The notes beneath the pieces are model-generated. The model saw only the letters and a list, made by a program, of their open reading frames with translations, was not told the DNA's origin and searched no databases. From Candidatus Pacearchaeota archaeon (GTDB lineage: Archaea > Nanobdellota > Nanobdellia > Pacearchaeales > DTIR01): a stretch of 64,000 nt of DNA. Each line of letters begins with the position of its first letter. Position 1 is the first letter of the stretch. Made by a program: the position numbers and the translations under genes. Location: positions 177,528 to 241,527 of the forward strand of contig JAGVXL010000001.1 of assembly GCA_018303805.1 (NCBI GenBank), read 5' to 3'. Shown piece by piece: positions 1 to 10,180 of this stretch.

Positions 1-204
1 TAAATCAAGACCGTGTTTGTAAGGGTCGTGCCCTTTCTTTATTTCTATACTTTTTACAGCAGCAAGAACAAGTTTGCATATCCTTTTCAGATTGTATTCA
101 ATTTCTTCTTTAGTAAGGACATCGCCCAACTTTTGCTCTTTTCTCTGGATAGCGCCAATAAGCTGTTTATTTTCTGCCAGATTTAGAAATTGTTTTTCTC
201 CCAT
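1..204 (-). CDS. hypothetical protein, N-terminal part (gene runs off the left edge)
   Basis: The reverse-strand frame stays open to the window edge. There is an ATG at 204..202 and an alternative in-frame ATG at 219..217. The translation is MGEKQFLNLAENKQLIGAIQRKEQKLGDVLTKEEIEYNLKRICKLVLAAVKSIEIKKGHDPYKHGLDL. I recognised no motif. Confidence 0.3.
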   Translation of the reverse strand, partial: MGEKQFLNLAENKQLIGAIQRKEQKLGDVLTKEEIEYNLKRICKLVLAAVKSIEIKKGHDPYKHGLDL

Positions 205-309
205 CCGGAATATAAGCATAACTAATATATATCCTTTATGAATTTACGATATATTCCATGTTAATTTTCAGAAATCTTTAAATAATAATCTGATTTCAAA
301 TTGCATAAA

Positions 310-1080
310 ATGATAGATGTTCATTGCCATTTAGAGCAGAAGGATTACAATAAAGACAGAGAACATGTTATAGAACAATGCGCGAAAGAGTTAAAGGCAA
401 TGATAAGTTCTTGTGCTCATCTTCTCACAAGGAAGGATTACGAACTTGGCTTGGAAATGCACCAAAAATACAGAGATTTTGTTTTTCTCTCAATGGGTGT
501 GCATCCAATTTATATCAAAAAAGCAACTCCTGAAAAAATCGACAGGGCAGTCACGCTTGTAGAATCATATAAAGAAGATATTGTTGCGATTGGCGAAGTC
601 GGATTGGATTATTACTGGGTTAAGGATTCTGGGTTAAGAATAAAACAGCAGGATTTATTCAAGAGGTTTATAGGATTGGCTAAAAAACTAGAATTGCCTT
701 TAGTTATCCATTGCAGAGACGCAATAGAAGACACACTGAATATTCTGGAAGAAAATGCTGCTGGCATTAAAGTAATGATGCATTTATACTCATACAGAAA
801 GCATCTTCAGCGTCTTTTGGACAATGGTTATAGCATATCTATAGGACCAAGCATCTCAACCTCTAAAGACTTGAAGAAGATTGCAAGAGACATGCCTCTT
901 GATAGAATAATGCTCGAAACAGATTCTCCTTGGTTTGGTTTTGGGAAAAGAAACACTCCCCTTGCAATCAGGCAAGTAGCAGAAGAAATAGCAAAAATCA
1001 AGAGATGCGGCTTTGAAGAGATTTGGAAAGCTGCTGGAGCAAACGCAGTTAAGTTTTTTAATCTCCCTTTGCAGATATAA
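310..1080 (+). CDS. tatD: TatD-family metal-dependent hydrolase/DNase
   Basis: MIDVHCHL at the N-terminus, then GEVGLDYYW, LPLVIHCRDA and LETDSPW. This is the classic TatD metal-ligand pattern. The ORF-track start at 301 is TTG; the ATG at 310 is more likely. Confidence 0.85.
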   Translation: MIDVHCHLEQKDYNKDREHVIEQCAKELKAMISSCAHLLTRKDYELGLEMHQKYRDFVFLSMGVHPIYIKKATPEKIDRAVTLVESYKEDIVAIGEVGLDYYWVKDSGLRIKQQDLFKRFIGLAKKLELPLVIHCRDAIEDTLNILEENAAGIKVMMHLYSYRKHLQRLLDNGYSISIGPSISTSKDLKKIARDMPLDRIMLETDSPWFGFGKRNTPLAIRQVAEEIAKIKRCGFEEIWKAAGANAVKFFNLPLQI

Positions 1081-1098
1081 ACAAGACAAAGAGAAAAA

Positions 1099-1395
1099 AT
1101 GGAAATAATTCAGATACTGCTATTGAACCTCATTTTAATACTGGCATTCCCAACAGCCCTATTATTAGCAAAAACAACAAAAGAGGAGCTTAAATATGGA
1201 AGAGAAGCATTTGTTTTAATAATTGCTGTCTCATTTATTGTAACGCTAATTGCTCTATTGCTGAAGATAAGCAATGGGAATAAAATACTTGTTGTTTATA
1301 CTGCCTTTTTTATTATAGTAATAAGCGCTATGTCCTTGAATAAATCCTGCAATAAGGATAAAAAACGAAAAGCAAAGATAAAATGCTATATTTAA
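1099..1395 (+). CDS. small membrane protein (about 3 hydrophobic helices), unknown function
   Basis: 98-aa ORF with hydrophobic stretches and a basic C-terminus. It lies 18 nt after the tatD stop and overlaps the next gene's start. Confidence 0.45.
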   Translation: MEIIQILLLNLILILAFPTALLLAKTTKEELKYGREAFVLIIAVSFIVTLIALLLKISNGNKILVVYTAFFIIVISAMSLNKSCNKDKKRKAKIKCYI

Positions 1396-2114
1396 TTGGT
1401 TTAGGTTTGGACAAGAATGATTTAAGCTTTAAATCATATGAAGCAATCAAAAAATGCAAAAAAGTGTATTTGGAAACTTACACTTCAATCATGCCATACA
1501 AGACAAAAGAACTTGAAAAATTGATAAAGAAAAAGATTGTTGAAGCTGACAGGGGGCAAATTGAGAATAGGGCTGAAGAGATGATTAAAGAGGCAAAAAA
1601 ATTAAGAATAGCCCTGCTTGTTTCAGGAGACCCTCTCTCCGCAACAACACATATTGATTTAATAATGCGGGCAAAAAAAGCAGGGATAAAAACAGGGATT
1701 ATTCATGCTCCCTCTATTCTCACAGCTGTGGCAGAAACCGGACTGCAGCTTTATAAGTTCGGCAAGACAACAAGCATACCAAAATTCCAGCAGAATTTTG
1801 AGCCAGAAAGTTTCTATGATATCATGCTTGAAAATTTGAAAATTCAGGCCCATACTTTATTGCTCCTGGATATTGGCTTGGATGTAAAAGAAGCGCTTTC
1901 TTACATAAAAAAAATCTCAGAGAAAAGAAATGACAGCATAAAGGAAAAGATTTTTGTTGTTTGCAGCGAAGTTGGGACTGAAAAATCATCATTTAAGGTT
2001 GGCAAGATAGATGAGCTGCTGAAGGAGAAAGAGGAATCCAAATTGCCTGCATGCATAATTCTGCCATCCTCTTTGCATTTCCTTGAGGCAGAAATGCTCG
2101 GAATCAAGCCTTGA
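1383..2114 (+). CDS. dph5: diphthine synthase (tetrapyrrole-methylase fold)
   Basis: MLYLIGLGL...VYLETYTS...LVSGDPLSATTH...YKFGKTTSIP matches the conserved diphthine synthase layout. Confidence 0.85.
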   Translation: MLYLIGLGLDKNDLSFKSYEAIKKCKKVYLETYTSIMPYKTKELEKLIKKKIVEADRGQIENRAEEMIKEAKKLRIALLVSGDPLSATTHIDLIMRAKKAGIKTGIIHAPSILTAVAETGLQLYKFGKTTSIPKFQQNFEPESFYDIMLENLKIQAHTLLLLDIGLDVKEALSYIKKISEKRNDSIKEKIFVVCSEVGTEKSSFKVGKIDELLKEKEESKLPACIILPSSLHFLEAEMLGIKP

Positions 2115-2406
2115 AGAAATAAAAATATTTTTTCTCTACATTCCCTTTTAAAATCTTAACACCCTCTTTTTTAAGCAGTTTAATCTTCTTTCTAACTCCG
2201 AGATTATAGCCCCCAACCCTGCCGTCAGCATACACAACGCGATGGCATGGAATCTTGACAAGGTGGAGATTGCAGGCAAGAGCCATCGCAACAACACGGG
2301 GATGAATTTCAAGAATTCCTGCAATTTCCTTGTAGCTTGTAACCCTGCCTTTTGGAATCTTCTTTGCAAGTTCAAGAACTCTATTTTGGATTTTGATATT
2401 TCTCAT
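2104..2406 (-). CDS. MGMT-family (O6-alkylguanine-DNA alkyltransferase) DNA-binding/active-site domain protein
   Basis: 100 aa carrying the PCHRVV active-site motif and the preceding helix-turn-helix (GRVTSYKEIA). It has only the C-terminal Ogt domain. Confidence 0.75.
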   Translation of the reverse strand: MRNIKIQNRVLELAKKIPKGRVTSYKEIAGILEIHPRVVAMALACNLHLVKIPCHRVVYADGRVGGYNLGVRKKIKLLKKEGVKILKGNVEKKYFYFFKA

Positions 2407-3433
2407 CGAATATTATTCCTATCATTAAACTTGCAAGCTTATTTGAGTCGTGCCTTATTGGAGGCAATCGAGAGTTGCTCTCGAGACTTTTTTTTATCAG
2501 ATTATTTAAAATGCTCTGCTCAATTACCATATCTCTCCCGTATAAATCAATGTTTCTGCCATTCAGCTCTTTTTCTTTAAATTCTACAAGATGTTTGCAT
2601 TCTTTTTTATAAGCTTGCAATAGTTTAGTGTCTAAATTAGCCTTGTCATTATAGGTTATAATATTTACAACATCCTTGCCAAGATACTTTTCAATATCAT
2701 TGAAATGGTCCGCAACAGAGTAATTTGGGGTTTCAGAAGGCTTCGTCATTATATTGCAATTGTATATCTTTAACGCCTTGGAATCCCTTATGGCATCTGC
2801 CATTCCATCAGCAAGAAAATTGCATATTATGCTTGTGTATAAGTCACCAGGCCCTATAATAATAGCATCTGCCTCTGCTAATGCCTCCAAGGCTCTTGGA
2901 TTTGCCCTTATGTTCTGATTTGAATATAACCTTTCAATCCTTGCCATATCCGGATTCTCAAACCTATCTATAATATCTTCCCTGCTTAACACAGTTCCAT
3001 TCTTGTATACCCCGCTAATATGCGCCTTATCCTTAGTAACTGGCATTACTCTCCCCTTCACATTGAATATTCTATGTGCTTTCTCTAAAGCCACTTCCTC
3101 ATCTCCCTTGGACAGATTTGTGAGTGCAAGCATAGTAAGATTTCCGTATCTATGCTCATTTAAGCTTCCATTATCAAACCTGTAATTAAGCAGCTCTCTC
3201 AAATCTTCCTGTGCCTCAGATAATGCCAATAATCCTTGTATTATATCCCCATAAGGTAATATTCCATACTCATCCCTTAATCTCCCAGAACTGCCCCCAG
3301 AATCAGTTGCTGCAGTAATAAATTTTATGTCAATGCTGTCATCCTCCTCCTTCCTTGCAGCATACTTCTTCAATCCTTCCAGTAACCTAAAAGAACCGCT
3401 GCCTCCACCTATAGTCACTACCTTCTTTCTCAT
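2381..3433 (-). CDS. CofD/YvcK-family protein (UPF0052; 2-phospho-L-lactate transferase-like)
   Basis: VVTIGGGSGSF N-terminus, TDSGGSSGRLRDEYGILPYGDI and GPGDLYTSI motifs. Ends in TAG. Confidence 0.75.
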   Translation of the reverse strand: MRKKVVTIGGGSGSFRLLEGLKKYAARKEEDDSIDIKFITAATDSGGSSGRLRDEYGILPYGDIIQGLLALSEAQEDLRELLNYRFDNGSLNEHRYGNLTMLALTNLSKGDEEVALEKAHRIFNVKGRVMPVTKDKAHISGVYKNGTVLSREDIIDRFENPDMARIERLYSNQNIRANPRALEALAEADAIIIGPGDLYTSIICNFLADGMADAIRDSKALKIYNCNIMTKPSETPNYSVADHFNDIEKYLGKDVVNIITYNDKANLDTKLLQAYKKECKHLVEFKEKELNGRNIDLYGRDMVIEQSILNNLIKKSLESNSRLPPIRHDSNKLASLMIGIIFDEKYQNPK

Positions 3434-3522
3434 TGTTATACCGCAAGGCTAAATGGTTAAATATCTTTTGGATTTGGCTTGCACAAGTCAAAATTTAAAA
3501 ATGCAGCAGGATTCAGACTAGC

Positions 3523-6318
3523 ATGTATAACTTCAAGGAAGTTGAAGGGCAAGCAAGGGAAATTTGGGAAAAGCATGAAAAAGAGATTGAAAAATCTGTT
3601 CAGGAAAGAAGGGGAAGGCTATTTTCTTTTCTAGAGGGGCCCCCAACCGCCAATGCCCCCCCTGGCCTGCACCATCTTGAACTTAGAACCTATAAAGATT
3701 TGATATGCAAGTTTAAGTTTATGCAGGGCTTTTCTGTTCCAAGGAAAGGCGGATGGGACTGCCATGGATTGCCTGTAGAAGTACAGATTGAAAAAAAACT
3801 CAATCTAAACTCCAAAAAAGATATTGAAAAGCATGGCGTTGAGAAATTTATCAAGGAATGCAGGGAAAGTGTTTTTTCTTATATAGAAGAGTGGGAAAAA
3901 TCAACACAAGAACTAAACTACTGGATTGATTTGGAAAATCCATACAGAACTCTCGACAATGATTATACTGAAAGTGTCTGGTGGAGTCTCAAAGAATTAT
4001 ACAATAAGAAACTTTTATACGAAGACAAGAAAGTTGTGCCTTTTTGCCCAAGATGCGAAACACCATTGTCAAGCCACGAAGTGGCACAGGGTTATAAAAA
4101 ATTAAAGGAGGAAACAATTGTGGCCAAATTTAAGCTGGAATCAGGGGAATATATGCTGGCTTGGACAACAACTCCCTGGACTTTGCCCTCAAATTTGGCT
4201 CTGGCTGTCAATCAAAATATAGATTATGCTGTTGTTGAAAAAGATGGAAGAAAATACATTTTAGCCAAAGAACTTGTTAAAAACTTCTTTTCAAAGGCAA
4301 AGATAATTAAAACATTTAAGGGCGAGGATTTGCTTGGGAAGAAATATGAGCCGCTTCTTCCATATTACAATAATCTGAAAAATTCATTTAAGATAATAGA
4401 AGGAGATTTTGTAGAATTGGCAGAAGGCACAGGCATTGTTCATATGGCTCCTGCTTTTGGAGAAGTTGATTTTGAAGCATGCAGGAAGAATGGAATTGAT
4501 TTTGTAAACCCGGTTAATACCAACGGAAAGTTCAGTCATGAGATTCCTGAACTGGATGGCACTTTTATCAAGGCAGCTGATGCGAAGATAACTGAAAAAC
4601 TGGAAAAAGAAGGGAAATTATTCACGAAAATTTCCTATGAACATGATTATCCTTATTGCTGGAGATGCGAGTCTCCTTTGATGTATTATGCAATCAGGTC
4701 GTGGTTTATCAGAGTTTCAAAGGTTAAGGAAGATATGATAAGGTTGAATAAAAAAATTAATTGGGTTCCGGACTATATCCAAGATGGCAGATTTGGAGAT
4801 TGGCTGGAAAATATAAAAGACTGGGCATTGTCAAGAAATAAATTCTGGGGAACTCCATTGCCTGTTTGGAGATGTGAATGCGGGAATGAAATTATTATAG
4901 GAAGTATTGAAGAATTAAAGAAGAATTCTGTAAAGAAACTGGCAGAAAAGGAGATTGATTTACACAAGCCATGGATAGAGAATGTAAAGCTTAAATGCAA
5001 ATGCAGTAAGGAAATGGCAAGGGTTTCAGAAGTTATTGACTGCTGGTATGATTCTGGATGCGCCAGTTTTGCACAATTTCATTATCCCTTTGAGAACAAG
5101 GAATATTTCAAGAAAAGGTATCCTTATGATTTCATTGCAGAGGGGATTGACCAGACACGGGGATGGTTCTACACTCTGCATGCTATTGGAACAATCCTCT
5201 TTGGCAAAGAGGCATACAAAAATGTAATTTGTGCCGGGCATATTGTTGATGAAAATGGCGAGAAAATGTCTAAAAGCAAAGGGAATATAATCCCCCAAAG
5301 AGAGATATTTGATAATGTGGGAGTTGATGCAACAAGGCTGCAATTCTGTACAAGTGATACAGGCAACCAAAAAAGATTCTCGGCTAATCTGGTTAAGGAG
5401 AGTGTTCTGCCATTCCTGACCATATTAATTAATGCGAATAAATATTGCTCTGAATCAGAGAATGGGAAGGAAACCCAAAAAATAGAAGATAAATGGATTT
5501 TATCTAGATTAAATTCAACTATTAATAATGCAACCTCTTTCCTGGAAAAATTTGATATTAATAATGCTTATGCAGAAATATCTGGATTTGTTGTTAACGA
5601 TTTATCCAGGGGGTATATTAAGATGACAAGAGAGAGAAAAACCAAGCCAATATTAAAGGAAGTTCTGATGAAAATTGTGCTGATTTTAGCTCCTTTTGCT
5701 CCCTATATAAGTGAGTATATCTATTCCCAATTCAGCAAAAATTCCGTGCATTTGTCAAACTGGCCTAAAGTTGACAAGAAAAAAATTGACAAGAAACTTG
5801 AGCAGGGTATGGCTATTGCACAGGAGATTATAGAGAGAATACTCTCGGAAAGAGCAAAACCAGGGGTAGGAATTAGGTGGCCTCTTGCCAAGGCAATAAT
5901 CCATACAAAAGAGGAAAATACAAAAATCTTAATGAAAATGCAAGAGATAATCAAGCTGCAGGGAAATATCAAGGAGATAAAAATAAAAAAATCAAGAGAG
6001 GAGAAAGTTGAACTCGACATAAAAATAACTCCGGAACTGGAGGCAGAGGGCTTTTCAAGGGAGATATGCAGAAGAGTGCAGGAAGCAAGGAAAAAATTAG
6101 GCATGCAAAAAGGGCAGAAGATTGATATTCTAGTAAAATCTGATTCAGAACTCCAGAAAATGCTGCAAAAGAATGAAGAATTCATAAAAGAAAGGGTGAA
6201 TGCCTCAAGATTGAAATTTTCAGCAGAAGAAACTCCAGAAGAATACAAATTTTCAGCAGAAGAGGAGATTAGGGGCAGGAAAATAGAAATACATTTCAGT
6301 ATAACTAAAAAAGAGTGA
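3523..6318 (+). CDS. ileS: isoleucyl-tRNA synthetase
   Basis: Class I signature GPPTANAPPGLHH, GWDCHGLPVE, the editing-domain region and KMSKSKGN. At 931 aa it is short for IleRS. Confidence 0.9.
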   Translation: MYNFKEVEGQAREIWEKHEKEIEKSVQERRGRLFSFLEGPPTANAPPGLHHLELRTYKDLICKFKFMQGFSVPRKGGWDCHGLPVEVQIEKKLNLNSKKDIEKHGVEKFIKECRESVFSYIEEWEKSTQELNYWIDLENPYRTLDNDYTESVWWSLKELYNKKLLYEDKKVVPFCPRCETPLSSHEVAQGYKKLKEETIVAKFKLESGEYMLAWTTTPWTLPSNLALAVNQNIDYAVVEKDGRKYILAKELVKNFFSKAKIIKTFKGEDLLGKKYEPLLPYYNNLKNSFKIIEGDFVELAEGTGIVHMAPAFGEVDFEACRKNGIDFVNPVNTNGKFSHEIPELDGTFIKAADAKITEKLEKEGKLFTKISYEHDYPYCWRCESPLMYYAIRSWFIRVSKVKEDMIRLNKKINWVPDYIQDGRFGDWLENIKDWALSRNKFWGTPLPVWRCECGNEIIIGSIEELKKNSVKKLAEKEIDLHKPWIENVKLKCKCSKEMARVSEVIDCWYDSGCASFAQFHYPFENKEYFKKRYPYDFIAEGIDQTRGWFYTLHAIGTILFGKEAYKNVICAGHIVDENGEKMSKSKGNIIPQREIFDNVGVDATRLQFCTSDTGNQKRFSANLVKESVLPFLTILINANKYCSESENGKETQKIEDKWILSRLNSTINNATSFLEKFDINNAYAEISGFVVNDLSRGYIKMTRERKTKPILKEVLMKIVLILAPFAPYISEYIYSQFSKNSVHLSNWPKVDKKKIDKKLEQGMAIAQEIIERILSERAKPGVGIRWPLAKAIIHTKEENTKILMKMQEIIKLQGNIKEIKIKKSREEKVELDIKITPELEAEGFSREICRRVQEARKKLGMQKGQKIDILVKSDSELQKMLQKNEEFIKERVNASRLKFSAEETPEEYKFSAEEEIRGRKIEIHFSITKKE

Positions 6319-6387
6319 AATAAAGAAAGGTTTAAATACCTCAACAGATTATTATTCCTAATTGGTTCCGAATGCTAAAAGGATAAA

Positions 6388-7194
6388 ATGATTGTCAAAG
6401 AGGAATTTTTAGGCCGCTTAAGAAAAATTTTTGATCTTAATCTGTATGAAGTAAAAGTTTGGGCAGCCCTGCTTTCCAGGGGTACAAGCACTGCAGGTGA
6501 ATTAAGCACAATCAGCGATGTGCCGAGATCTAGAACCTATGATATTCTTGAATCCCTTGAAAAGAAGGGTTTTGTTGTTATGAAGCTTGGCAAGCCAATA
6601 AAATTTGTTGCATTGAAGCCAGAAGAGGTTATAGAAAGAGTTAAAAGAAACCTGCATAGTGAGGCGCATGAAAAATCAAAGAGACTAGAGCAGTTGAAGG
6701 GAGAAGATGTGCTAAAGGAGCTCAATAGCCTGTACACACAGGGTGTAAAATTTGTAGAGCCAAGTGACTTGTCAGGGGCATTAAAAGGCAGGAACAACTT
6801 ATACAACCATCTGGACATGATGATAAGGGGCGCAGAAAAATCAGTTACAATCGTTACAACTGCTGAGGGCTTAAACAGAAAAATGGAGAGCCTGATGCAA
6901 AGCCTCGAGAAAGCAAAGAAAAGAGGGGTAAAAATAAGGATTGCAACTCAGATAACAAAAAACAACATAAACATAGCAAAGGATGTGGGCAAGATTGCTG
7001 AGATAAGGCAGATTTCAGATTTTAGGGCGAGGTTTTGCATTATTGATTCTGAGGAGATTCTATTCATGCTGCTAGATGACGATAAGGTTCATGCAAGTTA
7101 TGATATTGGGATATGGATAAATACTGAATTCTTTGCATCTGCCTTGGAGCAGTTGTTTGAGATGTTATGGTGCAATCTTAAGCCAGTAAAATAA
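6388..7194 (+). CDS. TrmB-family transcriptional regulator
   Basis: N-terminal winged HTH: LNLYEVKVWAALLSRGTSTAGELSTISDVPRSRTYDILESLEKKGFV. The C-terminal domain is of TrmB size. Confidence 0.75.
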   Translation: MIVKEEFLGRLRKIFDLNLYEVKVWAALLSRGTSTAGELSTISDVPRSRTYDILESLEKKGFVVMKLGKPIKFVALKPEEVIERVKRNLHSEAHEKSKRLEQLKGEDVLKELNSLYTQGVKFVEPSDLSGALKGRNNLYNHLDMMIRGAEKSVTIVTTAEGLNRKMESLMQSLEKAKKRGVKIRIATQITKNNINIAKDVGKIAEIRQISDFRARFCIIDSEEILFMLLDDDKVHASYDIGIWINTEFFASALEQLFEMLWCNLKPVK

Positions 7195-7267
7195 GTATCT
7201 CAACAGAAAATGGCTGGAAAATTCTGCGTTTGAAAGATGATTTTCCCTAATTTTTGCATATTCATTT

Positions 7268-7711
7268 TTATTGCTGTAATACTTTTCCAATAAGATAGTG
7301 CGGCAATGCCTTCACAATCTTTATTTCCAAAAGTTTCCCAAGAAGGTTTTTTCCTTTTATAGCAACAAGTTTATAATCTGAATTTCTCGCAAGAAAAGTG
7401 TCTTCAAAGCCCTTCCTATTCCCAAGACACTTAAATTTCATTCCAATAAGTTTTTTATTCTCCTCCAAGCAGATTTCCCTATGCAAATCCATTAATTCAA
7501 TTGCTCTTCTTTTTATTATTCCTGCTTTGAGCTTTTTTAATTCTGCGGCTTTTGTCCCTTGACTGGGCCAAAACTTGCTTATGTTCAGAATGATTGGCTT
7601 GGTTTTTTTGATAATCTCAACACTTCTCTTGAAATCCTCGTCTGTTTCAGCAGGATAGCCAACTATAATATCTGTTGACAAGGTTAGGGAAGGTATCTTC
7701 TCATCCGAATA
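7268..7711 (-). pseudogene. 5'-truncated MiaB/CDKAL1-like tRNA methylthiotransferase (C-terminal third only)
   Basis: ...DEKIPSLTLSTDIIVGYPAETDEDF... followed by a TRAM-like C-terminus. The N-terminal domain and the CxxxCxxC radical-SAM core are missing. Similarity ends at an in-frame TAG (7714..7712). The ORF-track start at 7681 is TTG. Confidence 0.6.
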
Positions 7712-7931
7712 CTACATTGGCGTTATAAACCTCAATGGAGAATATGTTGCAGGTTTCGCAGACAAAGGGTCTGTTAAGCTAGAAAGAGAACTTAAAGAAG
7801 GCGAGACTCTTGAAGGGCTGGCACAAGTCCATCTGATAGCAAAACACAAGGACGAATATCTGGTGCAATTGCCAACAGAGCTTTGTGACAGGCTATTTGT
7901 ATTAAAGGATAAACTAGAATTATTTATATAA
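7659..7931 (+). pseudogene. start-less open frame, possible 5'-truncated gene remnant
   Basis: A 90-codon open frame ending in TAA (7929..7931) with no ATG, GTG or TTG that gives more than about 22 aa. The translation is protein-like: ...YIGVINLNGEYVAGFADKGSVKLERELKEGETLEGLAQVHLIAKHKDEYLVQLPTELCDRLFVLKDKLELFI. The antisense 86-aa ORF is S/L-rich and implausible. Confidence 0.35.
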
Positions 7932-8405
7932 TCAAAAGGCAAGCGTGACAATAAGGCTGAACAGGATAACAAAGATTTCTGCTGTTATCACATATTTCAT
8001 GTCAATCTTGAAATCATTGGCAAATTTAAACCAGATATACACCACAACAAGCCATTGAACTGTTATTATGTGGAAAAATGCAAAAGATTTATTCAAAAAA
8101 GAAAGGAAAAACTGCTTTACAAGCCCTACTGCAAAGGTCATGAGTATCAGATTAGCAAAGAAGAATACAAATTTCTCATTTGGCAGAAACCCGCCTCTTG
8201 CCTTGTCAAACTTTCTCTTAAACTCTAAAATCTGCCCTGCAGCAAGAGGCCCTATGCTCAAACCAAGAAACCATGACAGATACTCTTTTATGCGCATGAA
8301 GAACTCAGTAAAAAGCAGGAAATTAAAAAGCTCTACCAAAGTAATGGCTGCGAGAACTGCAAAAATTATTCCTTCTATTAATAATAATTTCTGCCTGTCT
8401 TCCAT
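7932..8405 (-). CDS. integral membrane protein, unknown function
   Basis: 157 aa with 4-5 hydrophobic helices. Its start lies 2 nt downstream of the argS stop. Confidence 0.5.
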   Translation of the reverse strand: MEDRQKLLLIEGIIFAVLAAITLVELFNFLLFTEFFMRIKEYLSWFLGLSIGPLAAGQILEFKRKFDKARGGFLPNEKFVFFFANLILMTFAVGLVKQFFLSFLNKSFAFFHIITVQWLVVVYIWFKFANDFKIDMKYVITAEIFVILFSLIVTLAF

Positions 8406-8407
8406 TT

Positions 8408-10180
8408 TTACATCTCTTCAATAGCTTCTATGCCCAATAAATTCAATGCATTCTTTAACACTTGCCTTACTGCGGCAACAAGCAATAATCTTGCTTCTTT
8501 TTCCTTTCCTGCCTTTAATACCGGACAGGCTTCATAGAAATCATTGAATGTTTTGGATAGGTTATAGGCATAATTGGCTATGATATTTGGAGAAAATTGC
8601 TCTGATGCATTTTTGCAAGTCTCTGGAAATTCTGAAAGTATCTTAATAAGGGCTTGCTCCTTTGGATTGTCAAGCACGGAAAAATCTGCTTTAGGATTTA
8701 CTTTATTAATATCTGTTTTTCTTAGAATACTACATGCCCGGGCATGGGAATACTGCAAGTATGGCCCTGAATCCCCTTCAAAGTTTAATGCCTGTTCCCA
8801 GGAGAAATTAACATCTTTGGCTGGGGCATTTTTTAGTATAGCATACTTAATTGCTCCAACTCCTATATCCGCAGCATTCCCCTTTGTTTTCCTTTTTTTT
8901 ATTTCTTCTTTGGCTTTTACAATTGTTTTTTCCAATACATCGTTCAAGAGTATTATCTTCCCTTTTCTTGTCTCCATAATTTCCCCTCCAAAATTTATAG
9001 TGCCGAATCCAATATGCAGAAGCTTATCAGAAAAATCATAGCCCCATTCCTTTAAAAGCGCAAATAACTGCCTGAAATGCATTTCCTGCCTGAAATCAGT
9101 GACATAAATCATTCTGTCAAATTTATATTTCCTGTATCTTTCAACAGCCGCACCTATATCCTGTGTTATATAGGATGCTGTGCCGTTGCTTCTTAACACG
9201 TACTTCTTAGGCAAATCCTGAAATTCAGCATAAACTGCCCCATCACTCTCTAATTTTGCCTTTCCCTCCTTTAAAGCCTGAGCTATAATCTGCTTGCCCT
9301 TCTCTGAAAATAGGCTTTGCCCTGTTATTTCGTGGAAACTAACATTCAAAATCTTGTAAATCTCATTAAAGCCCTCTTTTGAAACCCTTATTATTTCATG
9401 CCATATTTCTGTTGTCTTTTTATCCCCCAGCTCAAGAAGCCTTAATTTTTCCTTTGCCTTGTTAGTCCATTCATTATCCTGCAATTCCTCTTCAAAATCC
9501 TCATTATACTCTATTTTTTCCTTGTCGCAGAACTTTATATAAAGCCTAAGTAATTCATCAACAGGATTATCTTTCAGGGCTTCCTTGTCAAGCCAGAGTT
9601 CATACGCCACAATCATTTTGCCTATATGCAATCCAATATCCCCCAGATAATTTATGCCCTTAACATTATAGCCCTGAAAATCAAAGATTCTAAGCAGAGA
9701 ATCCCCGAGAATTGTTGAGCGTATATGCCCTATATGCATCGGCTTTCCTATATTCGGGCCGGAAAAATCAATCACAATTTTCTTGTTCCTTCCTGTTTTT
9801 CCGCTGCCAAATTCATCTTTTTCATCCAGCAGTCTTTTTATTATCCCTTTGGCGATTAAAGAGGCATTAAAGAAAAAGTTTACATAGCCCTTAACTGCAT
9901 TAATCTTGCTTATATCTTCTGGTTTCTTCTTGTTTAGTTTTTCAGCAAGCTCTTTGGCTATTTCTGCGGGATTTTTCCTGGATTTTTTGGCAAGTATGAA
10001 GCAAGGAAATGCCATATCTCCAAGTTCACTTCTTGATGGCTTTTCAAGCAGTTTTAAGATGCTCTCCTTGCTGATGCCTTTTCCTTTCATCTCTTTTGCC
10101 AGCAATTCTGCAATCCTTCCCTCAAACATGGATATGGGAAGAGAAACAGGGGTTAAAAATTTTGCCTTTTTGCTATTCAA
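8408..10180 (-). CDS. argS: arginyl-tRNA synthetase
   Basis: SGPNIGKPMHIGHIRSTILGD (HIGH region) and an anticodon-binding C-terminal domain that ends ...IEEM, as is typical of ArgRS. Confidence 0.9.
   Translation of the reverse strand: MNSKKAKFLTPVSLPISMFEGRIAELLAKEMKGKGISKESILKLLEKPSRSELGDMAFPCFILAKKSRKNPAEIAKELAEKLNKKKPEDISKINAVKGYVNFFFNASLIAKGIIKRLLDEKDEFGSGKTGRNKKIVIDFSGPNIGKPMHIGHIRSTILGDSLLRIFDFQGYNVKGINYLGDIGLHIGKMIVAYELWLDKEALKDNPVDELLRLYIKFCDKEKIEYNEDFEEELQDNEWTNKAKEKLRLLELGDKKTTEIWHEIIRVSKEGFNEIYKILNVSFHEITGQSLFSEKGKQIIAQALKEGKAKLESDGAVYAEFQDLPKKYVLRSNGTASYITQDIGAAVERYRKYKFDRMIYVTDFRQEMHFRQLFALLKEWGYDFSDKLLHIGFGTINFGGEIMETRKGKIILLNDVLEKTIVKAKEEIKKRKTKGNAADIGVGAIKYAILKNAPAKDVNFSWEQALNFEGDSGPYLQYSHARACSILRKTDINKVNPKADFSVLDNPKEQALIKILSEFPETCKNASEQFSPNIIANYAYNLSKTFNDFYEACPVLKAGKEKEARLLLVAAVRQVLKNALNLLGIEAIEEM

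Noticed and set aside
5721-6344. A long antisense ORF (207 aa) opposite ileS. Similar antisense ORFs lie opposite aIF2-gamma (17012..17710), aIF5B (21312..21818), the thermosome (26777..27370), GT2 (38636..39136), topA (45519..46001), pcm (50223..50714) and rrp42 (55752..56297).
   Set aside because: All lie fully inside strongly supported genes on the other strand and have S/F/L/I-rich, low-complexity compositions. These are typical shadow ORFs.
7712-7972. An 86-aa reverse-strand ORF.
   Set aside because: It is Ser/Leu-rich and low-complexity, and it lies antisense to a much more protein-like forward frame. It also overlaps the 3' end of the neighbouring membrane-protein gene.
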